A DNA stretch of 64,000 nt from Pyrinomonadaceae bacterium (GTDB taxonomy: Bacteria > Acidobacteriota > Blastocatellia > Pyrinomonadales > Pyrinomonadaceae), in assembly GCA_037969475.1 (NCBI GenBank), contig JBBKXN010000050.1, forward strand, positions 35,409-99,408. Reading direction: 5' to 3'. Both the position numbers and the translations under genes were made by a program. Below are positions 29,252-37,688 of the stretch, one piece after another (position 1 is the stretch's first letter; every line of letters begins with the position of its first letter). A model generated the notes under the pieces. The model searched no databases. It saw nothing but the letters and a program-made list of their open reading frames with translations, and was not told the DNA's origin.

Positions 29252-30022
29252 TCAGTCTTCAAGAAAACTTCCGGGAGCGATATCCGGCGTTAAGTTGTCC
29301 AAGTTCAATCGAGTTAAACCGCCCCCGTCCGAAAAAGCGTCGAACCCTGTCCTTTGCCGCTGTCGAAATTGGTAAAATAGTAGGCCGCTGATTAAGCCAA
29401 GCGTGATCGCGATTAGAAGACCGAGGATTATCCACAAAACTGTTGCAACAAAAATGTCTCTGGTTTCCTGTATGAAGCCGCGCTCTGCCCGTTGTTGCGC
29501 AAAGGGATCGTAGCTCAACCAGCGAACCACTTTTTCATATTTGATCTTATCGAAAAGCGTGTTTGCGGCAGCCTCATTCTTTCCGTCGAAGAGGAAAACG
29601 CTATAGTTGCCAATTCGCTTGTAAAAAACAGGCGGTGTTTGAGGTGAATCAGCAAGCAGTTGCTTGATATTTTTGTCCGTATCGACGGAAGCCTGCGGAG
29701 TTCCGTATTCAACAATCAAAAGGGTGCCTTCAGGATAGTTAGCGGTTACAGCTTCGGTGTCGGCGATAAAATCAACGGCAGAAAAAACCGGTTTCTCACC
29801 AAGCGCATTAAGCAATTCTATCTCATTTCTAATAAATATCGCTTCGTTTCGTTTTGTTTCCCAATCTGGAAGATGTTTGATGATTACCGGAATTCCTTCA
29901 TCTTCCGAGAGCTCTAAGCCTTCCGCGACCTTCCCCTCCAATTGCGAATAAACGCTACCTGAGAAAATCAAAATCAGAAAGCAGAGAAGTTGAAATCTGA
30001 AGGATATGGGTTTGATCATCAA
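29252..30022 (-). CDS. Hypothetical secreted, C-terminally TM-anchored protein
   Basis: Signal-peptide-like N-terminus (LLCFLILIFSGSVYSQ) and one TM near the C-terminus (VLWIILGLLIAITLGLISGLLFY). No recognisable family. Confidence 0.55.
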   Translation of the reverse strand: MMIKPISFRFQLLCFLILIFSGSVYSQLEGKVAEGLELSEDEGIPVIIKHLPDWETKRNEAIFIRNEIELLNALGEKPVFSAVDFIADTEAVTANYPEGTLLIVEYGTPQASVDTDKNIKQLLADSPQTPPVFYKRIGNYSVFLFDGKNEAAANTLFDKIKYEKVVRWLSYDPFAQQRAERGFIQETRDIFVATVLWIILGLLIAITLGLISGLLFYQFRQRQRTGFDAFSDGGGLTRLNLDNLTPDIAPGSFLED

Positions 30023-30295
30023 TAGAATTCCGTTGGGTTCTTACTTAATTCCAGATATTAACACGGTGAAAATAAAAACTAAATTGAAAATTGTTAAACT
30101 AATCGCCCGAAATGCCGTAGAATCTAACTAGCGAACGAAAATCGACCATCAGGTGTATTAAATGCGTCAAATAATACACGCTTTGGTTTAAATCTATTTT
30201 TGGATGTCAGGCGAATCTAAATGTATGCCAGAGAAAAACGGAATAAAAGCAGGGTATTTCCGAATGTTAAAGGTACTTTTAGCTGCCTAGCGGTT

Positions 30296-30311
30296 TGGCA
30301 CGGGAATTGTA
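30296..30311 (+). promoter_or_regulatory. Candidate sigma-54 (-24/-12) promoter upstream of the ECF sigma gene
   Basis: TGGCACGGGAATTGTA versus the consensus TGGCACG-N4-TTGCW. The spacing is correct and the only mismatch is C to T in the -12 GC. It lies 31 nt before ATG 30343, which has a GGGGGA RBS. Confidence 0.35.
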
Positions 30312-30342
30312 TCAATACCTGTGGAAAGGGGGAATAGACGAA

Positions 30343-31005
30343 ATGACAACTGAAACTTTAGATTATCCGACTTTACAAGGTGCCGAGACTACGGTGGCAA
30401 CGGGAAAAAGTGCTAGCACAAAATCTGTTGACGTAACTAAATTAAGCGACTATGAATTAACTCAAGCTTCTTCAAAAGGCGATATGATCGCGTTCGAGGA
30501 AGTCTACAATCGTCACCATAGAAGGGTTTATGCAATCTGTCTTAGAATGCTCAAGAATACGAACGAAGCGGAGGATCTGACGCAGGATGTGTTTATTCAG
30601 CTTCACCGTAAGATTGGAAGTTTTCGCGGCGATTCCGCGTTTACGACCTGGCTTCATCGTCTAACGGTCAATCAAGTATTAATGCATTTCAGGAAACGTA
30701 CGGTTAAGTTTGAGAAAACGACCGAGGAAGGTGATACACCGGTTCAGATCGTACTTGGTTCGGAAAAGCCTGGAAAGATGCCCGTTGTTGATAAGATTGC
30801 AATACAAAACGCAATCGCACAGCTTCCAAATGGTTATAGAAATGTCTTTATATTGCACGATGTCGAAGGCTTTGAGCACGAAGAAGTCGCGAGAATACTT
30901 GGCTGCTCCGTAGGAACCAGTAAATCTCAGTTGCATAAAGCCCGATTGAAATTGCGCAAGCTGCTTAAGCGAAAGGCTCCGCCAAGACTGGCAAATGTTT
31001 ACTAA
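30343..31005 (+). CDS. ECF-type sigma-70 family RNA polymerase sigma factor
   Basis: Region 2 [34 protein letters not shown]. Region 4 [48 protein letters not shown] 30343 with an RBS is preferred over track TTG 30295. Confidence 0.85.
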   Translation: MTTETLDYPTLQGAETTVATGKSASTKSVDVTKLSDYELTQASSKGDMIAFEEVYNRHHRRVYAICLRMLKNTNEAEDLTQDVFIQLHRKIGSFRGDSAFTTWLHRLTVNQVLMHFRKRTVKFEKTTEEGDTPVQIVLGSEKPGKMPVVDKIAIQNAIAQLPNGYRNVFILHDVEGFEHEEVARILGCSVGTSKSQLHKARLKLRKLLKRKAPPRLANVY

Positions 31006-31035
31006 TAGAGTTGGGCAGAAATTAAATCAAGACGT

Positions 31036-31068
31036 AAAAAGCTTCTCGTAATCTTGAGAAGCTTTTTT
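31036..31068. terminator. Bidirectional intrinsic terminator between convergent genes
   Basis: AAAAAGCTTCTC-gtaatctt-GAGAAGCTTTTTT. A 7-bp GC-containing stem is extended by an A5/T6 flank on either side. Confidence 0.7.
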
Positions 31069-31072
31069 CATT

Positions 31073-31609
31073 TCAAGTTATTAAGTTTTTATTGCTTTTC
31101 CAGTTCCATTTCATTTTTACCGCTCTTGCAATTTTTGCATCAACTTCGGATTTCTCTATCTGGAGATTCTCTAGTTTGTTTTCAAAAACCGAAATTGATT
31201 CCTTAAAGTTCTTGCTTCTGTTTAGTTTGGGTGCGAGGTCCCGCGTCAAATGCGGCAAGATACTAATATCGGCGATTGGCTGAGTGGGAATCGTTTCTGG
31301 ATCACACCGGAGGATTTTCTCGCACGCCGCCGGTAATAGTTTCACCCCCCAATGACGGTCGTCCGCAAATACGTGTGTGTGAAAAGTTTTCAGACTTAAA
31401 CCCTTAAGCAGCAGTAAATTTAGACCAAGTCTTGTGTTTCGTCGATAAAGGAGGGAAATACAACCGTCCGGAAATACTTCGTGCGGGATCGGCGCATGAT
31501 CCATGCCATCGATCGTGAATTCGAAATAACAGAAAACGAGATGAGATAAATTTTCAGGCGGAAAAAATTCGCTGTATCGAAGTCGTACATTCTTAGGCCG
31601 GATCTCCAT
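31073..31609 (-). CDS. AraC-regulator N-terminal-like domain protein lacking the HTH domain
   Basis: The N-terminal region resembles the ligand/dimerisation part of a subclass of AraC regulators. The ORF ends (EVDAKIARAVKMKWNWKSNKNLIT) about where the HTH normally starts. A terminator follows immediately. Confidence 0.45.
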   Translation of the reverse strand: MEIRPKNVRLRYSEFFPPENLSHLVFCYFEFTIDGMDHAPIPHEVFPDGCISLLYRRNTRLGLNLLLLKGLSLKTFHTHVFADDRHWGVKLLPAACEKILRCDPETIPTQPIADISILPHLTRDLAPKLNRSKNFKESISVFENKLENLQIEKSEVDAKIARAVKMKWNWKSNKNLIT

Positions 31610-31612
31610 CGT

Positions 31613-32761
31613 TTAACCCTGATGCGTTTCTACAATATTAATATTCCGACGTGCAAGTTCATCGACAAATCGTTTCGGATCAATTGCTTTTTCCTGGGGT
31701 GTGGCACCGCGCACCGAAACCTCTCCTCGTGCCATCATCTGCGCAATTATTGAGGCTGGAAATGCTGTAGTTCGCATCATAGCGCTAAGCCCGGTCGGTT
31801 CGTCATACTTGTCCACGATGTCATAACGCAGAGTTTTCTTTTCTCCTTGTGTCGTTCCAACAAAATCAAGACGTACTAAAACATAATCGGGCTCATCGGC
31901 GGGAAGGTGTTTAGTTAAAAGCTCGCCAAAAATCCGCCTGGGTGAAACGCTCATTCCGTCGCTCTCAACGGGTTCGCTAGAACACAGTCCTAGATCGATC
32001 ATCGCCTTAAACTTTTCACAATGCCCGGCATACCGAATTGTTTTGTAATCGAGTTCTTTAACTGAGCCGAGAAAAGTATCGGGTAGTGTGGATGTTCCAC
32101 CGGAAGTCTGGAAAGCCTCAAGTTGCGGAAAACGATCAAACGTAAGCGATTCGCATTCGGTCATCGATTCGATTTCTACAATTTTTCCGTGGCGTATGAC
32201 TCTTGCTGATTCAACATATTCATTGATCAACCCTTCGACGGAGAAAACTAGCTGATAATCAAGAGGCGGTTTTGGATTCTGCGGCAATCCGCCGACGCGA
32301 ATATGAATCTCGGTTAATGAGTCAAAACGGTTTGCCCCATGCATTGCTAAAATCGAGACCATTCCCGGTGCCAAACCGCAATCGGGAATTATGCTGATTT
32401 CAGCATTTCTTGCTTTCTCGTCAAGAGCGAGCTGATCATCGACTACGTAGTTGTTGCCACCAAGGTCGCAAAAATTCGTTTCAGTTTCGATCGCTATCTT
32501 TGAAAGTTCCAGGTTGTACCAATAGTTTACGCAGGAGATTGTGGAATCATGTTTTTCCATTAACGACGCGGTGTTTTCATATTTCGAAACATCGAGTCTA
32601 ACTGCTGTGAGCTTTTGTGAGCCGATTTCAGATACCAGTCTCTTTGCCTTCTCGCCATCGGAATCGGCAACCGTAATGTTCGTTACTTGAGGCGAGTTGT
32701 GGACAAGATCGTACGCTGCTCCGTATCCCATTCGACCTGCGCCGAGTACCAATAACTTCAT
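31613..32761 (-). CDS. Saccharopine dehydrogenase-family NAD(P) oxidoreductase
   Basis: MKLLVLGAGRMGYGAAYDL Rossmann N-terminus. The length and C-terminal domain are typical of the family. ATG 32761 is preferred over track start 32806. Confidence 0.75.
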   Translation of the reverse strand: MKLLVLGAGRMGYGAAYDLVHNSPQVTNITVADSDGEKAKRLVSEIGSQKLTAVRLDVSKYENTASLMEKHDSTISCVNYWYNLELSKIAIETETNFCDLGGNNYVVDDQLALDEKARNAEISIIPDCGLAPGMVSILAMHGANRFDSLTEIHIRVGGLPQNPKPPLDYQLVFSVEGLINEYVESARVIRHGKIVEIESMTECESLTFDRFPQLEAFQTSGGTSTLPDTFLGSVKELDYKTIRYAGHCEKFKAMIDLGLCSSEPVESDGMSVSPRRIFGELLTKHLPADEPDYVLVRLDFVGTTQGEKKTLRYDIVDKYDEPTGLSAMMRTTAFPASIIAQMMARGEVSVRGATPQEKAIDPKRFVDELARRNINIVETHQG

Positions 32762-32815
32762 AGGGCAATTTCCCGGGGTCGTTGACAAGGCTGACAAAGG
32801 CCTCAATCATAGTGC

Positions 32816-33211
32816 CTACCAGTCGTCGGTTTCCTCCGGTTCCTGATTTGAAATAACCTCCGCGGCATAATCCCAAACCTTTTCCTTCCATTCTCTTATG
32901 GATTTGGTCAGCATAAGAGCAACTTGTGGATGCGCCGCGTTTCGCTCTAGTCGCAACACTTCGGCCGTCACAGAAACTTCTTCTGCTTTTTCGGTTACTG
33001 TCAGATTTACGGTGCTGCCTACTTGAGGCAAAGAACGAGGTAAATAAACCAACGCGCCTTTGGGGCTTACGTTCTCCGTTAAACCCTCTTCAATCATTTG
33101 GTTTCCGTTTTCGTCTTTCCACTGAAGACGTATCGGAAAGGAAATATTACGCCTTTCTCCAACCCTGCGTTCGCGCATAAATTTTTTTTGTTCTCCTGAT
33201 CTAAAACTCAC
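32816..33211 (-). CDS. Stand-alone PilZ domain protein (c-di-GMP receptor-like)
   Basis: RxxxR motif (RERRVGERR) and D/NxSxxG motif (ENVSPKG) at the usual spacing. Confidence 0.75.
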   Translation of the reverse strand: MSFRSGEQKKFMRERRVGERRNISFPIRLQWKDENGNQMIEEGLTENVSPKGALVYLPRSLPQVGSTVNLTVTEKAEEVSVTAEVLRLERNAAHPQVALMLTKSIREWKEKVWDYAAEVISNQEPEETDDW

Positions 33212-33519
33212 TGTATGATCCTAACCGGCACCGTAAAGCCCACGAGATTGACTATTATTAGCAGTCGATTTCGTAAAAAGTATATTGCCGAGTTATTACA
33301 ATTTATGCAAATTGGGGTTGCGGAAAAGCTGGACAAACGTTTTTTCGTATGCTAGCCTCAATGTTTATTTGGCGAAACCTTCGTCTAAATGAATATCTGG
33401 TTTCACGACCAAACTTCAGTTAAAAGTATAGCTGTTGATAACAAATATAGAAACATAAAGTGTTGTAAGACACTTTTTTTATTATAAATATATATAGATA
33501 GGGTAGTTAGGAGAATTTA

Positions 33520-34047
33520 ATGAGAAACATAGCTAGAGGTAGCGTAATTTTACTTGTGATTGGATTACTAGTAGGTGTCGCCTATTTCCAAACAAAAGTA
33601 GAAGCCGTGACCCGCATAGCGAGTGAATCGCAGGAAAATTTAATAAGCAATAACACTGAAAATAATAATATTGAAAAATACGAAGTTAATGTAGAAGTTG
33701 AAGCGGAAGCCGTAGCGGCAGTTAGTTCGGAATCATCGGCGAGAACCTTCCGCGCAACGGCATACTGCCTTCGGGGAAAAACAGCATCGGGTAGAATGGT
33801 TCGACGAGGGCTGGTAGCTGCAGACCCGCGAGTGCTGCGACTCGGATCTAGGATTAAGATGTCCGCCGGGAAATATTCGGGAAATTATGTCGTTGCCGAT
33901 ACAGGTGGAAAAATCAGAGGACGTGTTTTAGATATATGGGTTCCCAGTTGTGCCGAAGCGAGACGATGGGGACGTAGAAGTGTTCAGGTAAAAGTTCTTT
34001 CCAAAGGAAAGAAGAGGGGTAAGAAAAAGAGACGACGAACCGAATAA
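33520..34047 (+). CDS. 3D domain-containing secreted protein (MltA/RlpA-like double-psi barrel)
   Basis: N-terminal TM/signal sequence. RATAYCLRGKTASGRMVRRGLVAADPRVLRLGSRI...VVADTGGKIRGRVLDIW carries the three conserved Asp context of 3D domains. AGGAG RBS. Confidence 0.75.
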   Translation: MRNIARGSVILLVIGLLVGVAYFQTKVEAVTRIASESQENLISNNTENNNIEKYEVNVEVEAEAVAAVSSESSARTFRATAYCLRGKTASGRMVRRGLVAADPRVLRLGSRIKMSAGKYSGNYVVADTGGKIRGRVLDIWVPSCAEARRWGRRSVQVKVLSKGKKRGKKKRRRTE

Positions 34048-34071
34048 AATTATTTTATAACAATTAAATTG

Positions 34072-34107
34072 ATAAACCGCTTTGAATCTTGAAGCGGTTT
34101 ATCTTTT
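34072..34107 (+). terminator. Intrinsic terminator after the 3D-domain gene
   Basis: ATAAACCGCTT-9 nt loop-AAGCGGTTTAT followed by CTTTTG. Confidence 0.6.
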
Positions 34108-34204
34108 GCCCGAAACGACTATTGCGATTTCTCAAGCCCGACATATAAGTGATGACCCTTCCAATTTGCGCGATTGCGGTCCGATGGTTTAAAAATAGAA
34201 CACT

Positions 34205-35074
34205 ATGAATGTTGAACAATTTCGGTTTCCTGAAGGTGAAAAATTGAATCTGCAAGATTATCAAACGGCGTTCACCGGTGATTATACAAGCAAAGGCGAC
34301 GCCGAGAAAGATTTAAAAAAGAACGTCAAGCGGCTAAGCAAACTTCAGCGAAAATTGTATGCGGATGACACGCGTTCGCTTTTGATAATTTTTCAGGCTA
34401 TGGATGCCGCGGGGAAGGACGGTACGATTCGCCACGTTATGAGTGGACTCAATCCCCAAGGGTGTCAGGTTTATTCATTCAAGCAGCCGTCGACGGAAGA
34501 GCTCGACCACGATTACCTTTGGCGGTGTGCAAAAGCAATGCCGGAGCGTGGAAGGATAGGCATTTTTAATCGCTCTTATTATGAGGATGTACTGGTTGTC
34601 CGGGTCCATCCCGGGATCTTACAATCCAGTCAGCTTCCGAATAAAATTAAGAATGATCCGGATATTTGGCGAAAGCGTTTTACACAAATCTCGAATTTCG
34701 AAAAGCACCTTACTCAAAATGGCACTCAAATTCTTAAGTTTTTTCTCAACGTTTCCAAGAAAGAGCAAAAGAAAAGATTTCTTGCAAGAATCGAAACACC
34801 GGAAAAAAACTGGAAGTTTTCTTCGAGCGACGTGAAAGAGCGAGGCTTTTGGGAGGACTACCAAATCGCTTATAGGGACGCGATCCAAGCCACGAGCACC
34901 GAAACAGCTCCATGGTTTGTCATACCGGCAGATAACAAATGGTTTATGAGATTAGCGGTTTCGGAAGTTATAGCGAAAAAACTAGACTCAATGAATTTGG
35001 CATTTCCGGAAGTTACCGAAGAACACTTGGAAAGTCTCCGACAAGCGAAAATACTGCTCGAAAGCGAAGTCTAG
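34205..35074 (+). CDS. ppk2: Polyphosphate kinase 2 (PPK2) family phosphotransferase
   Basis: LLIIFQAMDAAGKDGTIRHV (Walker A-like), FNRSYYEDVLVVRVH, and a single PPK2 domain length. Confidence 0.85.
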   Translation: MNVEQFRFPEGEKLNLQDYQTAFTGDYTSKGDAEKDLKKNVKRLSKLQRKLYADDTRSLLIIFQAMDAAGKDGTIRHVMSGLNPQGCQVYSFKQPSTEELDHDYLWRCAKAMPERGRIGIFNRSYYEDVLVVRVHPGILQSSQLPNKIKNDPDIWRKRFTQISNFEKHLTQNGTQILKFFLNVSKKEQKKRFLARIETPEKNWKFSSSDVKERGFWEDYQIAYRDAIQATSTETAPWFVIPADNKWFMRLAVSEVIAKKLDSMNLAFPEVTEEHLESLRQAKILLESEV

Positions 35075-35769
35075 ACCTCGCTTAGCGTAACGATGTCGGC
35101 ACGATTTCTTGCTTCGTCGAGAAAAGTTTCAATATCGCTTTCGACTTTGCGCTCGGTCAATATCTCAATAATTCTATCGCGCACCTGTTCAAGGGGAGGG
35201 AGCAAAAGTCCCGGATTTTGCCTTCTGAACTCGGGCGTAAATTCATCGCGATAATATCGAATTTCGTCTTCTGGAGTAATTACTACAAACGAGCGGAATC
35301 TAAAATCGACGTATTTTTCTATCGATACACGATCCCCGATCATTCTTTGGAAATTGTCATCATCGATCGAATCAAACCCCACAGTTCGCAATCTATTAAC
35401 AAATTCACCCGTAGTCGGAAAAAGATTAACTATGCGTTTTATTTCATTGTTGACTTCTTCTACGCTCGGATCTTCCCTCGGAAGACGCCTGGCCTCCAGC
35501 GCAATGAGTCTTTGCCTGATCAACACTTGAAGCGCCCGATCTAAATCCTGCGATGTCGGAGGATCGATCTTAACATCGGGAACCAAGGCAAGCTGCCATA
35601 CAAGATCGGAATATGTGATCAATTCGGGTCGGCCGCCATCGCTTACCGTAGCGACGATTTTATCCACGGTCTGCTGGGCAATTACGTGACCGGAAAAAAC
35701 AAACAAAATCATCGTGAATAAATTTATGTAAGTATTGAATTTTCCTTGTTTTAGAGAGTTTCGCTTCAT
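35071..35769 (-). CDS. SurA N-terminal-domain-like periplasmic chaperone
   Basis: Signal peptide followed by VDKIVATVSDG...ITYSDL and helical chaperone-like repeats. No parvulin domain seen. Its stop shares a palindromic CTAG with the ppk2 stop. Confidence 0.55.
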   Translation of the reverse strand: MKRNSLKQGKFNTYINLFTMILFVFSGHVIAQQTVDKIVATVSDGGRPELITYSDLVWQLALVPDVKIDPPTSQDLDRALQVLIRQRLIALEARRLPREDPSVEEVNNEIKRIVNLFPTTGEFVNRLRTVGFDSIDDDNFQRMIGDRVSIEKYVDFRFRSFVVITPEDEIRYYRDEFTPEFRRQNPGLLLPPLEQVRDRIIEILTERKVESDIETFLDEARNRADIVTLSEV

Positions 35770-35970
35770 AGAGAATTTTACGATTCTTTATCAGATTTTA
35801 TTTTGTGTCAACTTTCCGTGGTTTGTGCGTTAAAACCGTTGACAAATTGTTAAAACTTGTTTAATTTAGAACTAGGGATTTTACGTTTCCAAACTGTACT
35901 TGCCTCCTGATTCAAACCAATCAGATGAACCAATCTTCCTAAAGTTTGTCGAATAAGTATTTTAGCAATA

Positions 35971-37635
35971 ATGACACCCCGAGACCCAAATATAGATTAT
36001 CAAAATGCGCCGGAAATGAACGGATTGCAATCGGATTCAACTTCGCCGCTAAGATTTGTTTCGGATCTCGGACGAAGTTTGGTACTAACGGTTCATCCAG
36101 TGAAGGTTGCCAGCAGGATCGCGTCAAAAGTGCGGGACGGAGTTGGAGCCTATTATTGTGCAGTCGCAGTGGAGCTCGATCATATAGGAATGGTGAGCCG
36201 CGCGTTTGACGAATCCGGAGATAAAACGTCTGAACTATTTCACAAAGGAAGATTCAAGGATTGGCTTTCAATTCTTCCGTCGCAAGTACCATTTTCTCCT
36301 CACTTCAGGGATGAATATTTCTTCAAAGGGGGTGAACACGAATTCGAATTCGTGTCGCCAATTCATATTGAAGGTGAGGTAAAGGGAGCGATTATAGTTG
36401 GTTTTCGGGCTCAAGATGATTGTTCGCCAGCGGATCGCCAGTTGATCGAGGCTGTGACGCAAATAGCAGCGATGAGCCTAAATTTATCAGCTCACTACGA
36501 GGCTGCGCTCAGTTCATCGGTTCAACAAGCCAAAGACGAGCACCGGAAATTTACGGAATCAGTTTTAGACGCATTGCCGGTCTCGCTCTATGTGATCGAT
36601 AATGACTATCGCATTGTAGTTTGGAATCAGCATAGGGAAATTGGAGTCCAGGGCGAACCAAGAGATTCGGTAGTTGGCCGCAACGTTTTTGAAGTTCTTT
36701 CGAAATACCCTACTGAAAAACTCCGCAAAGAATTTGAACGCGCATTCCTTACAGGAAAGATCGAAAGGATCGAACAGCAGACTACCGATCAAGAAGGCGT
36801 CACAAAGCATTGGGTCGTAAGCAAAGTTCCTATGCGCGATGAAAATGGGAAGATCACCCACGTGATCACCGTTGGCGAAGACGTAACCGCACGTGTTGAG
36901 GCGATACACGCTGCGAGCCGCGTAGAAAAACTTGCTGCGGTCGGAAGATTGGCGGCGGGAGTTGTCCATGAGATTAATAATCCGCTCGCAACGATCTCCG
37001 CGTGCGCGGAAGCACTCGAGGCGAGAGTTGATGAGGGTGTATATGGAAATTCACCCGATGTCGATGATTTGATTGAATATCTTGGTTTGATCCGCGATGA
37101 ATCTTTTAGATGCAAGTCGATAACAAACGGACTTCTTGATTTCAGCCGCGGCAGAACGGGAAATCGTTTTCCGATTGATATTGCAGAGGTTTTGGAGTCT
37201 TCTTCAAAGCTTCTCAGCCATCAACAGCGCGGCGATGACATTGCAATTGATGTTCAAATCGAAGGTCAATTGCCGTTGCTAAATGCCGATGAAGGACAAA
37301 TTCAGCAGGCAATAATTGCTCTCTCAACAAATGCGATTGATGCAATGCCGGACGGCGGCAAACTTACGTTTCGTGCCTTCGAAGACAAGAAACAAGTGGC
37401 CATCGAAATTACTGATACGGGTTTCGGGATTAAGCCCGAAGATATGTCGAAGATATTTGAGCCTTTCTTCACAACGAAAGAAATCGGGAAAGGAACCGGG
37501 CTCGGTTTGGCCGTGTGCTATGGAATAATTACAGACCATGGCGGGCGTTTAGGCGTGCGGTCAAAACTCGACCAGGGATCCACCTTCACAATATATTTGC
37601 CGATTGAAACTCAAGACGCAGAGAAAACTAAGTAA
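35971..37635 (+). CDS. PAS-domain sensor histidine kinase (cytoplasmic)
   Basis: H-box HEINNPLATI, N-box LSTNAIDAM, G1 DTGFGI and G2 GTGLGLAV. A PAS-like segment (LDALPVSLYVIDNDYRIVVWN) precedes them. Confidence 0.9.
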   Translation: MTPRDPNIDYQNAPEMNGLQSDSTSPLRFVSDLGRSLVLTVHPVKVASRIASKVRDGVGAYYCAVAVELDHIGMVSRAFDESGDKTSELFHKGRFKDWLSILPSQVPFSPHFRDEYFFKGGEHEFEFVSPIHIEGEVKGAIIVGFRAQDDCSPADRQLIEAVTQIAAMSLNLSAHYEAALSSSVQQAKDEHRKFTESVLDALPVSLYVIDNDYRIVVWNQHREIGVQGEPRDSVVGRNVFEVLSKYPTEKLRKEFERAFLTGKIERIEQQTTDQEGVTKHWVVSKVPMRDENGKITHVITVGEDVTARVEAIHAASRVEKLAAVGRLAAGVVHEINNPLATISACAEALEARVDEGVYGNSPDVDDLIEYLGLIRDESFRCKSITNGLLDFSRGRTGNRFPIDIAEVLESSSKLLSHQQRGDDIAIDVQIEGQLPLLNADEGQIQQAIIALSTNAIDAMPDGGKLTFRAFEDKKQVAIEITDTGFGIKPEDMSKIFEPFFTTKEIGKGTGLGLAVCYGIITDHGGRLGVRSKLDQGSTFTIYLPIETQDAEKTK

Positions 37636-37688
37636 CGATAGAAGCAAGCCCCCCTCGCTTCTCTTACTGCACCTTTCCACGAAAGACT

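Noticed and set aside
33212-33519. c-di-AMP (ydaO-type) riboswitch upstream of the 3D-domain cell-wall gene
   Set aside because: I could not find the conserved pseudo-symmetric core sequences. Only a weak hairpin plus T-run is visible. It is kept as a low-interest finding and is not called as a riboswitch.
36565-36969. Long antisense or alternative-frame ORFs inside confident genes (for example 3222-3539, 4967-5371, 23701-24093, 36565-36969, 39715-40185, 41734-42063 and 58087-58473)
   Set aside because: They lie wholly within, or mostly overlap, genes that have strong family motifs. They have skewed low-complexity composition and no recognisable domains, so they are shadow ORFs.
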